Origin: Magallana gigas
Lineage: Eukaryota
Direction of reading: 5' to 3'
Length of the DNA stretch: 64,000 bases
Assembly: GCF_963853765.1 (NCBI RefSeq)
Contig: NC_088860.1
Coordinates: 13,330,001-13,394,000 of the forward strand
The translations under genes and the position numbers were made by a program. The notes beneath the pieces are model-generated. The model was given only the letters and a program-made list of their open reading frames with translations, did no database searches and was not told the origin of the DNA. This document shows, piece after piece, positions 38,773 to 51,400 of this stretch; positions within the stretch are counted from its first letter, which is position 1; the number at the start of each line of letters is the position of its first letter.

Positions 38773-41700
38773 ATGGGGTTGGAGGATGCAATCCACGCAC
38801 CTGCCCACCCGGTTGACCAGGGCTGGGCATGGGTCATTTTGTCAGGTAAGAGCTTTCTTTTTGTGCATTGATTTTAACTTCCTTTGTATTAAAACGTCCC
38901 ATGACCAGGGACATCGAATATTCCAGCTGATTTCTGATCGATTAATTTTCTCAATTAACCTATGCAGCTGTAGCGACTGATAGCTTGTTCATGGTGCCAT
39001 GCTTGAATTCTTTCCGTGGGGAATAATCTGGAAAATATTGATTATGTCAATTCATACTTATAGTATATCCTTGATTATTTGTTGTAAAGCATGTTGAAAT
39101 TTGGTAAAGAATCTTTATTAAGGCCACCAACCGTATCCTTTCCCTCTTTCCTTTCTATTCAATATATTCATAAAACTAGTTCAACAATAAAAACTATATA
39201 ATTGTGTGTATGTATGTTCCACATGATGCGTTCGTTCAGGATGTGCATGGACTGATGTCAATATTTGTAAATGGCCTGGTTAGAACGGTTTGTGAAGTGT
39301 GTAGTTATACCGACATACACGGAACATAAACATCCTAAACATGTACATTTCATCTAAACATTACATCTCACTTCATGTAGGCTATATACATACAGGTCAT
39401 TATGTGAAGTTTGCACCCATTTATTTTATTATCAAGATTTTTGTTAAAATTTAATAAACGAATAATTGTGGGTGGGGAGTTGAAAGTAGTCCGTGTCTAA
39501 GCTCATTCCCCAAACCCTACATCATTTCTTATTTTATTCATGTAAAAACGTGCGACGTCAAAACAAGGTTTTTAAACTTTTCATCCAGCGTATTATAACC
39601 ACTACCTCAGTCGATGCTTTGATGTTTTACAGTGCGCAAAATTCCTTTCATTATTTACTAGAATTTTCTTGTTTCGCATTTTATTACGTATTTTGTTGAC
39701 CTTGATCTGTTTTCATGATTATGCTCAAGGATTCGGTCGCAATTATTACGTGTTTAAGTTACACAGTGTTTCCCTTTACAGATTACGAAACATAACAATT
39801 AAATCATAAATGAGAGGTCGATTCTTTAACAAGTTAGAAAGTAGGTTTAAAGCACATTTTTATTCGCCCCAATCAAAATAAACTTCAAATCCTTGCGCCT
39901 TTGGAAATTTTGTGCCAAGAAATTTTGTTGTTAAAAATAACATCGTAATCGTTTAATTTCGTGGGCTCAATTTTCGCGGATTGTTAATATGTTTAAAAGA
40001 TTCGCGATCGAGGACGTTATTTCGTAAATCCAATTTAATTAATAGATAAAGATATTAATTTATAACTATAATAGGATGTAATTAAATTACTGCGGATGAG
40101 TACCCACAAAATCCTTGAAGATTTAGTCACCAAGAATAAATAATGATTCTACAGTAAAATTATTCTATGTTTTTGTGTTACTAAATTAATTTATACTATT
40201 TTTATGTTTGATATTCTGTATATTCCAGCATCCCTCGGCGCCATGCTGATCTATGGAGGAATACACCGCGGGTTCGGGATTTTGTTTGTAGAATTCCGGA
40301 AGTCCTTTAATTCCTCCTCCGCCAGTATGTCTTTGGTGGTCAGCATCCAGATAGCGGTGATGAGTCTCGCTAGTAAGTTTAAGGCTTTCATTCATTTTCT
40401 GGTTATCTGATTACGAAAAAAGCATCCTTATCACCATAGAGATTACATACAGAGCTACTACTGGGTACTTCTATTTTAACGTCTCATCGAGAATATTTAA
40501 TGGTTAATCTATTAACAGATTATGCTTCTCACTTCTATTTTAACGTCTCATCGAGAATATTTAATGGTTAGTCTATTAACAGATTAAGGCTCCTCGACAC
40601 CCCGTGACTTATACTTTTTAGGACAGTACGTCACAACATGGCGATTTGTGAACCCATTGTAAACTTTTTCTATTTTACAACGATTAATAAGCTAGCAAGT
40701 TGTACAACTTATTTTTTGAATGTTTCTCGTTGGCACGGATGTAAGCGGGGGGGGGGGGTCATTAGAGTGGGAAGATGCCGGAGTACCCGGAGAGAACCCA
40801 CGTGTCCAAGCGGGCGACCGCCATACCCTATCACATACAGCCACTGTCGATCACGGGGATCGAACTCGGGTGCGTTGTCCACTAAGCTACCCATTGTGAA
40901 ACTGATTATGTCTTCAGCATGTGTTGTCTATCTCTCTAGCGCAATGGGTATTGCTTCAGTCTACGAACCTGCAGGTCCTGATTTTGATTACAGCAGGAAC
41001 TTTTGTTTTTATAAACAACTTAACATTTTTACAAGTAGGTTTTCCCCAAATACATTCAATTAATTCTGTCATTTTGAAATGGAATGTATGCTTGAATCCC
41101 ATATCTTTGATGAATATAAAAATCGGACTTTTATGTGAAACTTTTCCACGGGGTGTTGAGGGCCTTTAATAGGAATAGAAGAAAAAGTTAGTTTACCATA
41201 AAACTCAAGGGACAAATTGATTTAAACCAGACTTACATCTTGAAGAGACTTTTAAATTCCCATTTTGCAGGCTTACTTTTAGAGCGTTTCGATTTTTTTT
41301 AATAAAGATACATTTTTAATTTGATGGATTGCATTTCGGCCAGAATATATTAGTTTTTAGGCAAAACTACCTTTAAAAACTGAGATCAATCAAATTCAAT
41401 CTAAAATGTATTTAAAGGTTCCACTTTTCGTGGCAAATGAATTTTAAGAAGGAAGTTTATTTAGTTAGGGTACAGGCTCATTCAGTATCAAAATTGATAC
41501 TCAAGTCTGAGGAAAATATAACACAGACAATTATAATAACAGTACATGAATAAGAAATGTGGTGTTTGTAGGGGTGAAGGATTATCCGGACCCTCCCCTT
41601 TAAAAAACATTCGGAGAAGGTCAGGTCCTTCCACTATTTAACAAAAAGAAACGATGCTATATACATGCCTGACCAATTCATAACTAGTACATTGAATATG

Positions 41701-44700
41701 ATGTAGTAATGCTACACAGTGTGTTGTACTACATCATACATGTATGTAATACATACATTAGATAATGGTTTTAAAACAATCATGGGCTTTTCTTTCAGAA
41801 TCAATTCATATATGATCAGACCATTCATGTACATGAAATATATAATGAAAACCTTATTTAATACGCATTTGTAAAAATCCAATGACCTTGTCCATTAACG
41901 ATGTCAGATTCTTAAACCTCAACTTCGTAATAGTTGACGAAAATAGGAAATTGTAATTAAACTATACAACTGATGCGCAGGCTGAAACAGCTGGTTTTGA
42001 TTTAGAATAATGATGAAAGTTTTTATTTTATTTCATGCACACTACATTAACCATTTAATGAGCAAACAGTAAAACAAGTCAGGAATGTGTAGTAATTGCC
42101 TGCGGAATATTTACCCAGCAATGTCATCGATTGCATCAGGACAAACATCAGAAAAGAAACTCATAACAAAATAATATTTTGCATATTTTTCAGTTTTTGA
42201 CATTGCATGTCTAATGCAGTTTCAACAGCTGTATCAGAGTGCAACATTAAACATTTTTTCTGTAATTGGGGTTGGGTTTGCAACATGCAAAACGATATTT
42301 TGATACTGTATTTTTATATGTTTTCTTTTTTATCAAGTATTGTCATAACAGAGTTGCTGATTTTTTTTTTAAATTTCATTTTCATAGGGAGTGGGACATA
42401 AATAGACCTAGGTTTTCAAAGAATATTTCACTGTGTACACCGATCTAAAAAAAAAAAACCCAACTACATTTAAAGTCGCTGCACCTGATGATCCGCCACT
42501 ATTTAAAAGGGGAAGGTTACATAGCATATAACTCATCGAGAAATAAATAATTAGTAATATAGTATGTTTTGTTGTACATCGAAAATCTCTAGAACTTAAA
42601 AAAAACCTCTTAATTTCGAATTGCTATACAAAGCAAAGGCATTTTTGACCAACAAATATACACTTTGTCAAATCCGCACGGTTTAAAAATTAGGACCACA
42701 TTGAGTTCGTACGAGTAACAGATTAGTGGGCTATGTTTTAGGACGCCATGAAATGACCTTGAACATTGGCATATTTTTCTTGTATCGATATTTAGTTCTG
42801 AAGTTTTGTTTCCTTTTCAGAGTCTGTAAAAAGAAGTCGGTACAAATCTAGAACGTAGATTCAATTGAACTGAAGTTTCCTTTGAATTCTGATTTTTCTT
42901 TAATCATTCCGTAAATTTTGTTCTAGATAATGACATATACTTTTCGGCAAAGTATTTAGATAAATACTTTTGTATTGTTACTTGTCGGCTTTTCAACTTG
43001 TTGACTGTATAGAACCAAGACCATTTCAGACCCAAAATTTTATATATAGCTTTTTGTCTTCCGGAGTTCCGATATTTTAGCACAGTATCATACATGTATA
43101 CATGTAGGAGTTGGCGAGTACTATTACAACATTTTTTTCTATTGTTCCGATATTTTAGCACAGTGCTATAGACAAGCACGCGAGTACTATTACAATAATA
43201 TTCTTTCTATTGTACCGATATTTTAGCACAGTGCTATAGACAAGCACGCGAATACTATTACAATAACATTCTTTCTTCTGTTCCGATATTTTAACACAGT
43301 GCCATATACGAGTACGCGAGTATCATTGCAATAACATTTTTTTCTTCTGTTCCGATATTTTAACACGTCTTGCCACGTACGAGTACGCGAATACCGGTAT
43401 CATTCAATGACATTTTTTCTATTTACAGGCTTGTTGTTTTTGACTGCTGGGATGAAGTACTTCAGCAGCCGACAATGTGTCATCTTTGGCGGGTTCTTTG
43501 TTACTATATCCCTCATCCTCAGTAGTTTTGCCCAGAGCGTTCTTCATTTGATTTTCACTCACAGTGTTCTTATGGGTAATTCCTTGTCAATAGATTTTAT
43601 CAATTTCATGTCCAATCGAACCATAACGTACTTATTAATATGTTTCTGTACTTATTAATATGTTTCTGTTCTTTGCAGGAATTGGACTTGCTGCCGTGCT
43701 TGGTCCGTCTTTGATAATCACGGGTCAGTACTTTGACGTACGTAGAGGGATCGCCAATGGCATACACACGGGTTCCGCTAGTTTTGGGGCTCTCGTGTTG
43801 GCGCCGGCTATTACTTACTGTATAGACAACTTTCTTTTAAAAGGAGCATTGCTGATTTTAGCCGGCTTAGCTTTTCACATTGTTCCAGCAGGAATGTTAC
43901 TCCGTCCCCCGCAACTGTACGAAAAATGGGCTCAACGGAGAAGGCAAGACGAGATACCCAATATCGATTCAGCACAGACTGTACTTATAATTGAAAAGCC
44001 CGAAAATGAGCTCCTGAATGGCGCATCAGTCGCCATCGTTCCGAAAGAAGCTCATGATATGGATGACGTTTGTCCATCTTCGGACCGCGCTTTGTTATTT
44101 GCATCCGCGAAACCAAAAGACGCACTAAGTGTGCATAGCTATGACATGCCAAGAATCTCAAACGGGACACACTTTTATTCTAATAGCAATATTTTTGATC
44201 ATAGGTTGGGTTTGAAGGAAAAGATCTATGGTAGTGCGGATATGATAATGGTTGTACAGTATGGTAGAGGATCGACACATAGTTTGGTCAACGGCAGAAA
44301 ATCTAATAGTCTGTTTCTAAATGGAACACATCCGAGTAACTCGTTGTCGAACGGATTTGCAGACCACGAGATTCAAAACCCCACAGCAGAGATTCGTGAA
44401 AAGACTGCTAATATGCGCAATTTCTTCAATATTTCTATCTTTAAAAATACTTCGTATTTGTTTTTCGCAATAGGATTTACAATGGGAGTTCCGGTGGTTA
44501 TCACCGTAGTGTACCTCCCGGATGTTGCAAAGGATTGTGGGATACCCAGTGACGACGCCGCTCTCTTGGTGTCCATCTATATGGTAGGGGAGATAATCGG
44601 GCGCTGTGGGAGCGGATTTTTCTCAGGGAAATGGATTCACCGCCAGGTTGTAATTGCCTGGGGCTTGTTGCTTGCGGGTTTAGCTCAAAATCTCGTCCGA

Positions 44701-45147
44701 TTTTTCCAGTCCTTTTGGTACCTTGCTATATTTGCCGTCGCGAATGGAGTGTTTGGTGGACCTATACACGGGCTGTATGCTTCCGTGGTGGCTGACGTTC
44801 TGGGCATTGAGAACCTACGTAGTGGATTATGCGTGTTACAGTTGTCTCAGGGAATCATATGGAGTGCCATCTTACCTTTAACAGGTGCGCACCCTTTCAG
44901 TCATTCACCTTTCTAGATGTATCTTCACGCCAGACAATACAAGAATATGGTATCAAGTTTCAATGTTTGCTCTATTTTTTCAGGTTATCTTCGGGACGTT
45001 TCTGGAGATTACTTTCTGACTTACCACTTCGTTGGGACTTTGACGATGTGTGCCTCTCTCGTTTTATTTGTCAGTCATTATAAGGTCAAAGATGTGTCCG
45101 AGGCCGTAATAGAAATAGATGTAGAGGAAGAAAAAGAAAGGTCTTAA
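38773..45147 (+). CDS. SLC16 / monocarboxylate transporter family MFS protein, paralogue B, 577 aa
   Basis: Exons 38773-38845, 40229-40372, 43429-43575, 43679-44884, 44984-45147. Exons 2 and 3 have the same lengths (144, 147 nt) as paralogue A, with all introns in phase 1. Motifs HPVDQGWAWVI, GQYFDVRRGIANG, AGMLLRP, GYLRDVSGDY. Confidence 0.92.
39960..40157. repeat. Partial MITE (...aatgattctacagta right end)
   Basis: aatttcgtgggctcaattttcgcggattg and cccacaaaatcc...acagta resemble TA-type MITE subterminal motifs; the left end is missing. Confidence 0.4.
40467..40593. repeat. ~64-bp tandem duplication
   Basis: Two copies of acttctattttaacgtctcatcgagaatatttaatggtta(a/g)tctattaacagatta. Confidence 0.9.
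40720..40895 (-). mobile_element. tRNA-derived SINE with V-domain-like core
   Basis: The minus strand has a B-box-like gagttcgatcccc followed by gtgggttctctccgggtactccggcatcttcccac, matching the V-SINE central motif. Confidence 0.75.
43066..43423. repeat. ~68-bp minisatellite, 5 units
   Basis: Units start gt(t/a)ccgatatttta(g/a)cac at 43066, 43144, 43212, 43280, 43349. Confidence 0.92.
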
Positions 45148-48100
45148 ATTGGTTTAAAATGTTGGATTAAAAGGAAGTAGCTTCCGGGATTTTACAACAA
45201 GGAAACTTTTTTGTTCAAATAATTCATAGTAATGCTGTCTAGAAATATTTTTTTTAGAAAAATGTTTGTATAGAGTTTTGTTTTACAACTTAATTATTAT
45301 ACATGTTTCCTTTCCTAGCAAATGGTCACGATTTTATTTCGTATTTTATTTTTTTCCCATTTTTTTCATTAGTAGTCATGATTTGATTTCGTGATTTTGT
45401 TTCATTTATTCATTTTTACAATGCCTAATTTAAACATTTTTTATCATTAACTATATCCTTATGTTCCAAGCGTGATAGAAGCATTGAAAATACCGGTATT
45501 AAAAATAGAAAAATGAAATTTAAAATATTTCAGATCGAAGCTCAATCAAGCCCCCTCCAATGTAGTTACGTTTTGTACCAAAACAACGTGTTCAATTTTA
45601 ATGCAACGTACGTCAACATTTGTGTTTGTTATAAAAATGTACTATTTGTTTAGAGTAACCTTGTTTTTGTATCAGTCGATCCATGTATGAGTTGAGTAAT
45701 TGTAATGATAATTATGTTTCAATATCACTGTCTAGTGTTCTTTGTAAATTGCAAATATATCTTATTTCCGTGCCTGTAGTCATAAAGTTCAATTTTAATG
45801 TTGTTGTGTTAGTAATTTAGGCTACATGTAACTTTATGTTCACGATAAGTGCGGAATCTATATATTTTTCCATTACATATACTTTTTAAAAATAGCTTGT
45901 GTGTTCGTCAATTTTAATGTTTATGTAAATTGATTATGATGGACTGTAAAATTTATGTGAATATACTCTGAAAAACATACATGCAATCTACATGTGATAG
46001 AATATTCGACGGACTTTTATAATACCATTGTCGAACAATAAGAACTTTTCATTTTGATATGAAGGCTCGTTTACACGTATATTTTCCTTTATACTCCAAT
46101 CACACATTTGAAAATTACGTATGTACATGTACTTTCTATCAATTTTTTCCTCAAATTGAACAAGATCTCAGTTGTTTTGAAGATCTCTGTATATTTGCAT
46201 ATTTTTTGTTTTCATTTTCTTTTTATTGTAAACGTTTTTATTTTACACAAATAAATTATGCACAATCGAACGTTATATAACTATTTTACACGAAGTTTTA
46301 TTTTAAATTGTGCTTTGGCTATCATGGTTCCGTCTCAAGACAGAAATCAAAAGGTAAAGTACACAGGAGATTAATTATGAATAAATTTGAAGATGGGGGA
46401 ATAAGATGGCACAAATGCCCATTCGGTTTAGTAGTGAAATACAATTTTAAATTTATTTTTCCCCAATTAAATCTATTCAAATATATTATAATACAACTTT
46501 GCAAAAGCAAAATTTCTAACTATAGTCAGTTTTTAATATATTTAACAAAAAATAAGAAAAAGAAATATTGTCGGAAATTTTGGTGGTATCGAACCCGTAA
46601 CATAAAAACCCGTGATATATACGGTTAGCTTATGCCAGGTACTCTAACCACTGAGCCATTTCAGACACAACAAAGGCGGCTTTTTAAATATTATGTGTGA
46701 CTAAGGTCACGATTTACCGGACTTGTATTATTTTTTCAATACGTTCAGTTGTTGGGATACAAAATGATATTTTTAATGTATAGTGGGTCATCTCTCCACG
46801 TTTTTGTTGATTGAAATCGGTTTGTTTTCCATTAGACCTTAATTAGACTATGAGAAAAATATGGAGCACAGACCCACTCTATAAAAGAAAATGCCCTGAA
46901 GTTCTAAAAAGTGACAATATTTGCAGGTTTTGATGCGTATACGCCTGTTTGAGTTAACATATTCCAAGTATTGAACATACCTACAGGTTACAAATCAATG
47001 ATTCGTTAAATATATATTGTTTTAAATGATTTAAAAAAAACCCATCAGATTTGTTGATACTTTAATTTTTTAGTAGCCTGTCCGACCGCGTATGGGCATT
47101 TTACACGCCTTATCCACCCATCTTCTTCCAAACTTTGTCTTACAGAGGTTCGTTCCTGTTTTAGGGTAGCCATTAGGAATCACATCTTATCAGAAAATTC
47201 AGCATAATATACTAATTCTATTCGTATATTTATATTTTGCAATGCCGAATAATTCATCATATTGAATAGCCAAATCGGCTTCTGTGGGAATTTGAGTCTG
47301 CATTACACCATCATGACTATTTTGTGAAGTCCGTGGTTTTTCTAAGGTTGGTGAAGGTTTCGACCAATCAATAAACGGCGCGTGTAGATTTCAATCCTGT
47401 CAGTTTCTACAGAGCTATGAATTACAATCATTTTCCGTAAGAAATAGAGGGAATCGTTCTTAGTGGATGTAAATATTATGTATTGGCATTTGAAGTCACC
47501 AATAAGACAAGATTAAAAAAAAAAAACTTCGGCTTGAATATATTACTCACATGTTCACCATGTTCACTATGTGCGTTCAACTTCGTACTGCATTAAAATT
47601 ATAATTAAATAAAAGTTCAAACTAAATATTTGTTTGATTTCTTAAAATACTTTAGTTTTCTATTCCCATACAAAATTTTAGCAATAATTTCTGGAAAATT
47701 TTCATTTCTGTTTGGGACCCCATGCTTAAAAAATGGCATGTGACATGGTTAACAAATAAAATATAAGGCCATTTCAAGTTCTTATCTTTATATATAAAAG
47801 GTTTCCGGATGGTTGACATTGCTTGTATTTCAGGCGCCATCCACTCCCTAAGTGAAAAAACCATCCATATATGTTACTTTAATTTAAAAAGACCCACGGC
47901 TAACTGGTTCTTGTACCCCTTCCAGTGTCCACAGGGGGAATTCTATAATGTTCTACCTATAACCTTTTATAAGTTTATTAAACCATGAACGTACGTCAAA
48001 TATTTACCTATGATTGAAGACACCTGCTTTTGGTTATAGAATGTATCATTCGTTTGTTTCTCGGCTAACACTTTTCGTTTACAAATTGGTTGATTAAATA

Positions 48101-48402
48101 AATTTTGCATTTTACAACGAAGCATGATGCATAAGAAGTATATAACTCATATAGGCGAGAAAAATAAACAACTTTAGAGGAAAATTATTGTGATTTTCTA
48201 AAATTTAATTCATTGGGCCACACAAATATACATTCGTAATTTCATATGATTTAACAAAAGCTGAAAAGCCTTTAAACCCAGCCTCTGTTTTTTTAAATCG
48301 TGTCATACGAGGAAACATTCATATCGGGCGCGTTGTTACATTTTCCTTCAAAACATCCGGTTTCCTCCCAGTTTCCAGATTTCTGTAAAAAAAAAACAGA
48401 AA

Positions 48403-51400
48403 ATGGAGAAAAATGGGGAAAAGGTCGCAAACCCAGCAGCAAAAGGAAGAGAAACTGTAAATCATATTTTAGAAACGTGATTGTTACATTGAATTCTGCA
48501 TGGACCGGTTCTTATTTGCAAATGTATACAGCGCGAATTTCCTCTAAACGTTTCTTCTTGTGCTTCCTCCCAGCACAGTTCCCTCGCTTAACCTGAATCA
48601 TTGTATCTTTTATGAAGATAACTGATTTAAAGAGTTTACACATTAAGTTCTGAAAATCATGGGAAACTTTTTAAGTGAAATGAAAAAAATATGCCAAACC
48701 TATTTATAAATAGTTGTCATTTGCACTGCCACATTAAGGTTATCATTTTCTTTACACAGTTAATTAATTAAATTTATACATTAATGTAACTTGTTGTCAT
48801 TCTTTGTAGTCTGAGTTTTTGATGGCAATTGTCAGAACTTTATCAACAAGGTAAGACTGAATTGTGGCAATCATACAGTACATTTAGAAGAATTATTATT
48901 ATTTCATTTCTTATCCTTTATTACAAAGTTATCTTTAAAGTATTTGTAGCATGATTTTTTTAATGTTTTGTGATTTGTAGTGCTGACTTCCAACAAAGAG
49001 AAAAGGAAAAGGCAAGGATAGAGAAGACTTTTACAGAAAGTGACAAAAAACTTGGAGAACTTGTTTCAGGTGCGTGTTGCTTAATTGCTGAAAAAAATCT
49101 TATATCAAGTTATTAAAGCTGCTTGATTTGATTTTTGATTACATGTATTTAGATTTGAGGTTTCATCAGGACACTCCTCTATTGATTTCAAACTTGCAGT
49201 AGTCACAGCTTGTTATATTTTTTTTTAAAGAAAACTATCAGGACCTCACCCAGATTACACAAGACTTCAGCACCATCAGTAAATCAGTCAATGGTAAGAC
49301 TCTGTGTTGCTTTTCAATTTGATTCTACCTGAGTACAGGTAAATGTAAATATACCGATAGTAGGTTTAATTCAGTGTTCTTTGTCTTTTGATTTACATGT
49401 ACTTAGAAATGAAGCTGTAGAAAGCTGTTAATAAGTTGGTACATGTTTTTTACAGAGGCTAGAGAGAAGATAAAGAAGATCAAGGATGACCTCAGCAGCT
49501 GTAAGACTCTGTTACACTGTAAGAGGGATGAACTCCGACGACTCTGGATAGAGGGAGTGGAACAGAAAACTATGGTTGCCATGTTAGATCAGATGTAAGA
49601 AAACTATCCTAAAACACAACTACCCGGTACTAGTTTTGTTAGACTTTTAATAAGCAAGGTAATATGAATATTAAGTTTAAAGTAAAAATTTTTTCCTCTG
49701 TACTTTTGCATGAATGTTATCCTTTTTATCCAGAGAACAAATCAAAGAGGTTCCAACAAAACTAGATAACCTTCTTCTGAAGAAGCACTATCTCCATGGA
49801 ACTGAATTAGTGGTCAACGCAGGTAAGTGATTGCTGTAATCACACTCTACTTTAGAAAGATTTTTGGGTTTTTTTATTTTTTATTTCCATTCATATGCTT
49901 GTACTGAGAGTATTGATAGAGTTAATTGTTTTGAAAGCTGATGTATTCATTTTTGCTTGTTAATTCAAGATTGATAAATCTCTGAAGCATTTCACCAATG
50001 CATGTAATATCTAATAATGTAATAAAAAAGTGAAATAACAGCCAGTACACAGAATTACATGGACAAACTCATAGGATGTTTGTTTTACTCTTGTGCAGTT
50101 GCAAAATTAGAGAATCAACTGGTTGGTGTGGAAGCTTTAAGAGATTTGAAAGCAGAACTTATCACAAGAAAAGAGGTATGGTACAATGTACATGTTTATT
50201 TGTAATATATACCTGTAGACAAACTTTGTTTTGTTTGCATTATTCTGGTGTTTTGTTAATCAAATTTGTTTATTAAACTTGTAAAATGTCTCATTTTGTA
50301 GCAATTACATGAGGTATTGATTGAGGAACTCAATAGACAGATTTACATAAAATCTCAGACACCCAACTTCTCCTCCCTCCCAGGGAAAAAAGGTGGCAGT
50401 GCAGCAAAACAAGATACCTTAAAAAGAAGTGAGTTATTTGTATTGTGGAATTGAAAAATAGAAATAAGAAAACTTGTTTAATGCTTATAAAACTGTGAGT
50501 ATTATCGGGGGATTTTGTAGAAGAAAGAAATGGTGTGCCACCTCCAGAGAAGATTGAGTTTGGCAAGGAAGTCAAAGAAGATTTGAACTCGGACCCTGAG
50601 GATGATCCTACCCACTTCATCGCCATTTTAGTGGAGTCCCTTTACATGCTGAGAAAAATTCCAGAGGCAGCTGAGGTAGGATTTGATTTATAAAATTATC
50701 GCTCAGTTTGCTCCTCGCCTTTCTTGATCATGCAGATTTGAAAATTTACTTTTTAGGGATTAAAAGTCAGAATTCAACCAGAGCTCTCAGCTATTGTAGC
50801 CAGAACCTCACAGCTTCTATTGGAAAGGTACACATGTAAATGTGACATTGTCATTCCATTAACTCTTTCAGACATCAGAATTGACTATATATTACAGTTA
50901 CGAAGAAAGCATTGTAAACTATATATCTACCAATATGTGTTAGTCATGTATGCTGCGATAAATTTCAATGAGTTTTGCAGACAACCTCTGCTTTCCATTT
51001 TTAATCACACAGCTACACAAAATGCAGTATGATCATTGTGGATTAAATTTTACTGGTATACATATACCTGCTAACTCTGCAACATTTTGTTGGTTGCAAC
51101 CGCAAAATCACAATACTATTACCCTCCATAACTAATAACCTGGGGTTCAAAGTTATTTTCTGCAAAATCCTTTTACCAGCTAACTGACCTGTTGAATTGG
51201 CCGTTTGCAAAAAAAAAATGTGATTATGTCACATACAGTACTTGGTTTACAATAATAATGAGCCTGGTGTTTTTACAGTACCTCCAATCAAGTGGACGCC
51301 TCCAACCAATCCCAGTGTCTGCTGGACCTGTTAGAAAACATCTTCCATCAGTTCCGCTTCGTCGCCCACATGCACAAGATGGTTCTAAGAAATCTAGACA

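Noticed and set aside
40921-41169. Hydrophobic 82-aa ORF in transporter B intron 2 as a possible alternative exon 3
   Set aside because: It does not align with either 147-nt exon 3 and has no phase-compatible donor/acceptor pair.
43066-43423. Repeat array as CRISPR
   Set aside because: Whole units are similar (no unique spacers), the context is eukaryotic and there are no cas genes.
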